Below are positions 60,154-64,000 of a DNA stretch of 64,000 nucleotides, one piece after another. The translations under genes and the position numbers were made by a program. The notes under the pieces were generated by a model. That model saw only the letters and a program-made list of their open reading frames with translations, searched no databases and was not told where the DNA came from. This DNA comes from Vicinamibacteria bacterium. GTDB lineage: Bacteria; Acidobacteriota; Vicinamibacteria; Marinacidobacterales; Marinacidobacteraceae. Position 1 is the stretch's first letter. Each line of letters opens with the position of its first letter. Location of the stretch: assembly GCA_963668695.2 (NCBI GenBank), contig CAXXLQ010000001.1, forward strand, positions 64,001-128,000, written 5' to 3'.

Positions 60154-60699
60154 ATGACCGATCAAGAAGTTCTCTCGGCGTATCTGGACGGCGAGCTCCC
60201 GCCGGCCGTGGCCCGGCGAGTCGAGGAGCGCCTCGACACCGATCCGGGGCTCCGCCCGGGGCTCAGGCAGGAGTACCACCGTCTCCAGCAGGTTTCCGCA
60301 GTCCTCCAGGTCCGCTGCGAGGCCGATCCCGGATTCCTCGTTCGGCATCGTCAGCGGCGTGATGATCTGTCACCGATCCGGCAATGGACCTGGAGGCAGT
60401 TGGGATACCGGCTGACCGGGGTGGCCGCCGGAATGTTGATTGCCGCCGGTCTCAGCGTCTGGCAGGCCGAATGGCAGGCAGTGGACACGCCCGCGAACGC
60501 CACTGCGGAAGCCGAGGAGCTGGATTTGCTCGACTTCGAGGGCCAGATCCTGGCCGCGCCGGATTTCGGATCTCCGGATTTCGGATCCCCGGATTTCGAA
60601 TCCCCGGTTTTCGAATCCCTGGCCATGGAAGGCCCGACTGACGAGCCGGTACTCCTGATTGTGCTTGGGGCCGGTTTTTCGCCGTCCGGGGAACGCTGA
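60154..60699 (+). CDS. Putative membrane anti-sigma factor
   Basis: LSAYLDGEL N-terminus, one TM segment, directly after the ECF sigma; PDFGS/PDFES repeats. Confidence 0.75.
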   Translation: MTDQEVLSAYLDGELPPAVARRVEERLDTDPGLRPGLRQEYHRLQQVSAVLQVRCEADPGFLVRHRQRRDDLSPIRQWTWRQLGYRLTGVAAGMLIAAGLSVWQAEWQAVDTPANATAEAEELDLLDFEGQILAAPDFGSPDFGSPDFESPVFESLAMEGPTDEPVLLIVLGAGFSPSGER

Positions 60700-61262
60700 T
60701 GCCCGAAGCGAACCTGACCCCGCCGTCCGAGTCGGCGAACCGACGCTGGAAGCGGTTGATGCCGCTGCTCCTGGTGCTTGTCGGCTTCGGCGCCGGAGTG
60801 CTGGCGAGCCACCTCGCGCCGTCCGTCAGAAGGCATCGGGGCGCGGGCGGCGAGCATCGCATGGGCCATTTGAACGACTCCGACTCCCGGTCGGGGCGGC
60901 GCGCCGGCGAGGGGGCCGAACGAGGCCGTTCCCGCAGCCGCGAGGCTCGGGAAGGCGAGGAGCGAAGTCGCCGGTTCCGCGAACAACTCGCCCGCCGCCT
61001 CGGTCTCGACGAGGACCAACAGGCGCGGATGGAAGCCTTCATCGAGTTGAACCGCGCCGAAGCCAGTGAATTTTGGGATGACACCTACGCTCGCTACCGC
61101 GAACTGCGGCTGCGGTTCCGCGAGCAGATCCGCGAGATCCTCAATGAGTCGCAGCGTCAGACCTTCGACGCCTGGATGCGCGAGAGAGGACGAAACGACG
61201 GGTCCCCCGATTCCGTAGAGGATTCCGCGGAAGGGGCGACCCCCGGAGGGAGAGCACGATGA
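60699..61262 (+). CDS. Membrane-anchored periplasmic helical protein (Spy/CpxP/heavy-metal-sensor-like)
   Basis: One TM, then LGLDEDQQ and ILNESQR (LTxxQ-like) motifs. Confidence 0.6.
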   Translation: MPEANLTPPSESANRRWKRLMPLLLVLVGFGAGVLASHLAPSVRRHRGAGGEHRMGHLNDSDSRSGRRAGEGAERGRSRSREAREGEERSRRFREQLARRLGLDEDQQARMEAFIELNRAEASEFWDDTYARYRELRLRFREQIREILNESQRQTFDAWMRERGRNDGSPDSVEDSAEGATPGGRAR

Positions 61263-61293
61263 CGGGAGAGAGCACGATGACGGGAGAAAGAAG

Positions 61294-64000
61294 ATGAGCG
61301 CGCCGGACCAGCACCGACACTCACACAGTCAGGAAGAGGTCAAGGAACGCGGCAACGCGCTGGCGCGCTTCGCCGTGGATCGCCGGGTCACGATCAGCAT
61401 GATCGCCGTGGGGCTGATCGTGCTCGGATACGTCTCGCTCACCCGGCTCCCCCTCGAATTCCTCCCCTCGTTCGGGGCCAACAGCCTCTGGGTGAGTGTC
61501 GATTACGAGTCCTCCTCCCCCGAGGAAACGGAGCGGCTGGTGGTTCGGCCGCTTGAGGAGAGTCTCGGGACCATCCCGGGCATCACCGTCCTCACCGCCA
61601 CCGCGAACGCCAACAGCGGCAACGTGAGTATCGAGTTCAACGAAGCGGCGGACATGGATCTGATGGTCGTGGAGGCCCGCGACCGGGTGGACCGGGTCCG
61701 TCATCTCCTTCCCGACGACATCGAACGCATCAACATCCGGCGCTTCCAGAGCAGCGACATCCCCATCCTCCAGTTCCACCTGGGGGCTCCCTGGGAACGG
61801 GAACGCCTCTTCGACTTCGCCGAAGACTTCGTGCAGCCCCGGCTCGAGCGCCTTGAAGGCGTGGCCAGCGTGGACGTACGGGGCGTCCGCCGACGGGAAT
61901 TGCGGGTGAGCATGGATCAGCGGCGGATGGCGGCGCTGAACGTGGATGTCCGGGATATTTCGACGGTTCTGTCCCAGAACAACGTCAATGTTTCCGGCGG
62001 CACCATCATCGACGGATCCCGAAAGTTCATCGTCAGGACGGTCGGAGAGTTCCGCCGCCCGGAGGAGATCCGCGAAACCCCGATCGGCGATAGCGGACTG
62101 CGGCTGAGCGACGTCGCCGACGTCACCTATGAGTTCCCCACCCAGACTTCGTTCGACTATCTGAACGGCGAAGAAGCGGTCACCTTCCGCGTCTACAAGG
62201 CGTCCAACGCCAACGTGCTCGATGTCGCCGACGGCGTCAAGGCGGAGATGGCGGAGATCGCGTCGATATCCCGGTACGAGGATATCGACGTCCGGTACAT
62301 CCATGACTCTTCGGTCGACGTTCGCGGGGGGCTGTCGCAGCTCGCCCTTGCCGGGCTCTTTGGCGGAGGGCTCGCCATCCTCATCCTGCTCCTGTTCCTG
62401 CAGAAGGTCCGGACCACCCTGCTGGTCGCGGTGGCGATCCCGCTCTCGATCATCACCACGTTCGTGATCATGTACCTGGGCCGGCAGACGGGCCTCGTCG
62501 ACACCACCCTGAACGTGATCAGCCTCTTCGGGTTGATGGTGGCCGTCGGCATGCTCGCCGATCCCGCGATCGTGGTCATCGACTCGATCTCGCGCCACTT
62601 CACCGAATACCAGGAAGACTCCCGCACGGCGGCGATCCGCGGCGTCTCCGCCGTGACCATGCCGATCGTCGCCGGTGCGGCGACCACCATGTGCGTGTTC
62701 CTTCCGCTCGTTTTCCTCGGGGCGACGATGGGGGGCTTCTTCCGCATCTTCACCGACTTCGGGTTCACCCTGAGCGTGGTGATCGTGGCTTCCCTGCTCG
62801 TGGCGCTCACGGTCGTGCCCATGATGGCGGGCGTTGTCCTCCGCAACGAGCGGCGTGTCTATTCCCGGACGATGCGCCTCCTCGGCCGTCTCCACGGAAG
62901 GATCGTCCGGCGCACGCTCCAGCATCGGTTCGTTTCGCTCGGCGTCGCGATCGGTCTGTTGGGACTGGCCTGGATCCTCTACCAGAACACCGAGCGGTCC
63001 AGCTTCAGTTCGACGGTGGAACGACAGGTGACCGTCAACGTGGATGTGCCCCGGGCCTACTCGATTGACGAAACCCGCGAGGTGATGGAGTCGGTAGCGG
63101 CGCTTATCGAAGAGCGGCGCGATGAACTCGAGATCACCGACGTGGTTTACGAGTTCCGCCGCGGCGGCGGACGGTCGCGGGGCGGCTACGGCGGCGGCGG
63201 CCGTCGGTTCGAGCTCTACCTGGTGGATGAAATGGAGTCCGAGCGGAGCGTCCAGGAGATCACGGACGAGATCCGGGAGATGCTCCCGACGGTCGCCGGG
63301 GTTGACTTCCGGATCGCCGAGAGCCGGGGGCACGGTCCCGGTGGGGGCAGCGGAATCCGGCTGGACCTGAAGGGCGACGACATGGACGTGCTCGAACTGA
63401 TTTCGGGCCGCGTGGTTGAACGGCTCGCGTCGCTTCCCTGGATCCGGGATGTGGACACTTCGCTCGAGAGCGGAACCGAAGAGCTCCATATCACCCCGCA
63501 CGCGGAACGGGCGCTCGCTTCCGGTTCCGGGACCAATGCGGTGGCCCAGACCGTTCGCAGTGCATTGACTTCGCGACCGGTGGGGACCATCGAGAGCGAC
63601 CAACGGGAAGTGGACATCGTGGTTCAGTTCCCCGAGGAACAGCGCGAGCGGCTTGATCACCTCCGCAGCATGCCGGTCTTCGTGGCCGGCGCCCGGGTGC
63701 CCGTGGGGGCGATGGCCGACTTCGAGGTGGTGAGCGGGCCGCGCAGCATCGAGCGCGAAGATCGCCGTCCCAAGCTGACCATCAGCGCCAACACCACGGT
63801 TCCGGGAGCTTCTTTCCGGCTCATGGGGCAGGTGCGGGAACAGCTCGCCGACATCGCGCTACCGCCGGGTTACGAGTGGAGCTTCGACCGGTGGAGCCGC
63901 ATGGGCCAGGCGGATTTCTCCGCCGCGGGGTTCGCCTTCGCCTTCGCACTTCTCCTGATCTACCTGATCATGGTGGCGCTTTTCGAGAGCTTCCTCCATC
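61294..64000 (+). CDS. RND efflux transporter permease (AcrB/D/F family), partial - runs off window
   Basis: Read manually: ARFAVDRRVT, SSPEETERLV, RLERLEGVASV, AIPLSII, TLNVISL, TTMCVFLP, SLLVALTVVP, IYLIMVALFES. Absent from the ORF track because no stop falls in the window. Confidence 0.9.
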   Translation, partial: MSAPDQHRHSHSQEEVKERGNALARFAVDRRVTISMIAVGLIVLGYVSLTRLPLEFLPSFGANSLWVSVDYESSSPEETERLVVRPLEESLGTIPGITVLTATANANSGNVSIEFNEAADMDLMVVEARDRVDRVRHLLPDDIERINIRRFQSSDIPILQFHLGAPWERERLFDFAEDFVQPRLERLEGVASVDVRGVRRRELRVSMDQRRMAALNVDVRDISTVLSQNNVNVSGGTIIDGSRKFIVRTVGEFRRPEEIRETPIGDSGLRLSDVADVTYEFPTQTSFDYLNGEEAVTFRVYKASNANVLDVADGVKAEMAEIASISRYEDIDVRYIHDSSVDVRGGLSQLALAGLFGGGLAILILLLFLQKVRTTLLVAVAIPLSIITTFVIMYLGRQTGLVDTTLNVISLFGLMVAVGMLADPAIVVIDSISRHFTEYQEDSRTAAIRGVSAVTMPIVAGAATTMCVFLPLVFLGATMGGFFRIFTDFGFTLSVVIVASLLVALTVVPMMAGVVLRNERRVYSRTMRLLGRLHGRIVRRTLQHRFVSLGVAIGLLGLAWILYQNTERSSFSSTVERQVTVNVDVPRAYSIDETREVMESVAALIEERRDELEITDVVYEFRRGGGRSRGGYGGGGRRFELYLVDEMESERSVQEITDEIREMLPTVAGVDFRIAESRGHGPGGGSGIRLDLKGDDMDVLELISGRVVERLASLPWIRDVDTSLESGTEELHITPHAERALASGSGTNAVAQTVRSALTSRPVGTIESDQREVDIVVQFPEEQRERLDHLRSMPVFVAGARVPVGAMADFEVVSGPRSIEREDRRPKLTISANTTVPGASFRLMGQVREQLADIALPPGYEWSFDRWSRMGQADFSAAGFAFAFALLLIYLIMVALFESFLH

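Overview
High-GC bacterial chromosomal window. Gene content (DUF1844, DUF5916 proteins, Pal, IcmF, PdxST, RsbVWU-like cluster) is compatible with a diderm Acidobacteriota-like organism; this taxonomy is inference only. About 46 plausible CDSs are present. It opens with five tandem paralogous CBM9-like/DUF5916 outer-membrane proteins (310-12457). These are followed by a vapBC pair, transport and hydrolase genes, hup-gspE-pyrK-pyrD-pyrF-pal, a degenerate NtrC-like regulator, pdxST, a 2-oxoacid:ferredoxin oxidoreductase, rpsA-ihfB, icmF-B12 domain-birA-hyp-comEC, mazG, DUF1844-ribF-STAS-RsbW-PP2C-cysS-yraN and tRNAs Gly-Cys-Leu. The window ends with two integrase tail remnants, a probable 6S RNA, a metB-like gene, and ECF sigma/anti-sigma/periplasmic protein/RND permease (runs off the end). 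Many intergenic regions carry non-coding modular repeats. One family has terminal inverted repeats, CTAG-type flanks and a shuffled internal module kit. A second family has a variable-copy 81-bp unit. No transposase or CRISPR array was seen. Start codons were re-assigned by eye in several places. All family assignments come from motif recognition, not database searches.
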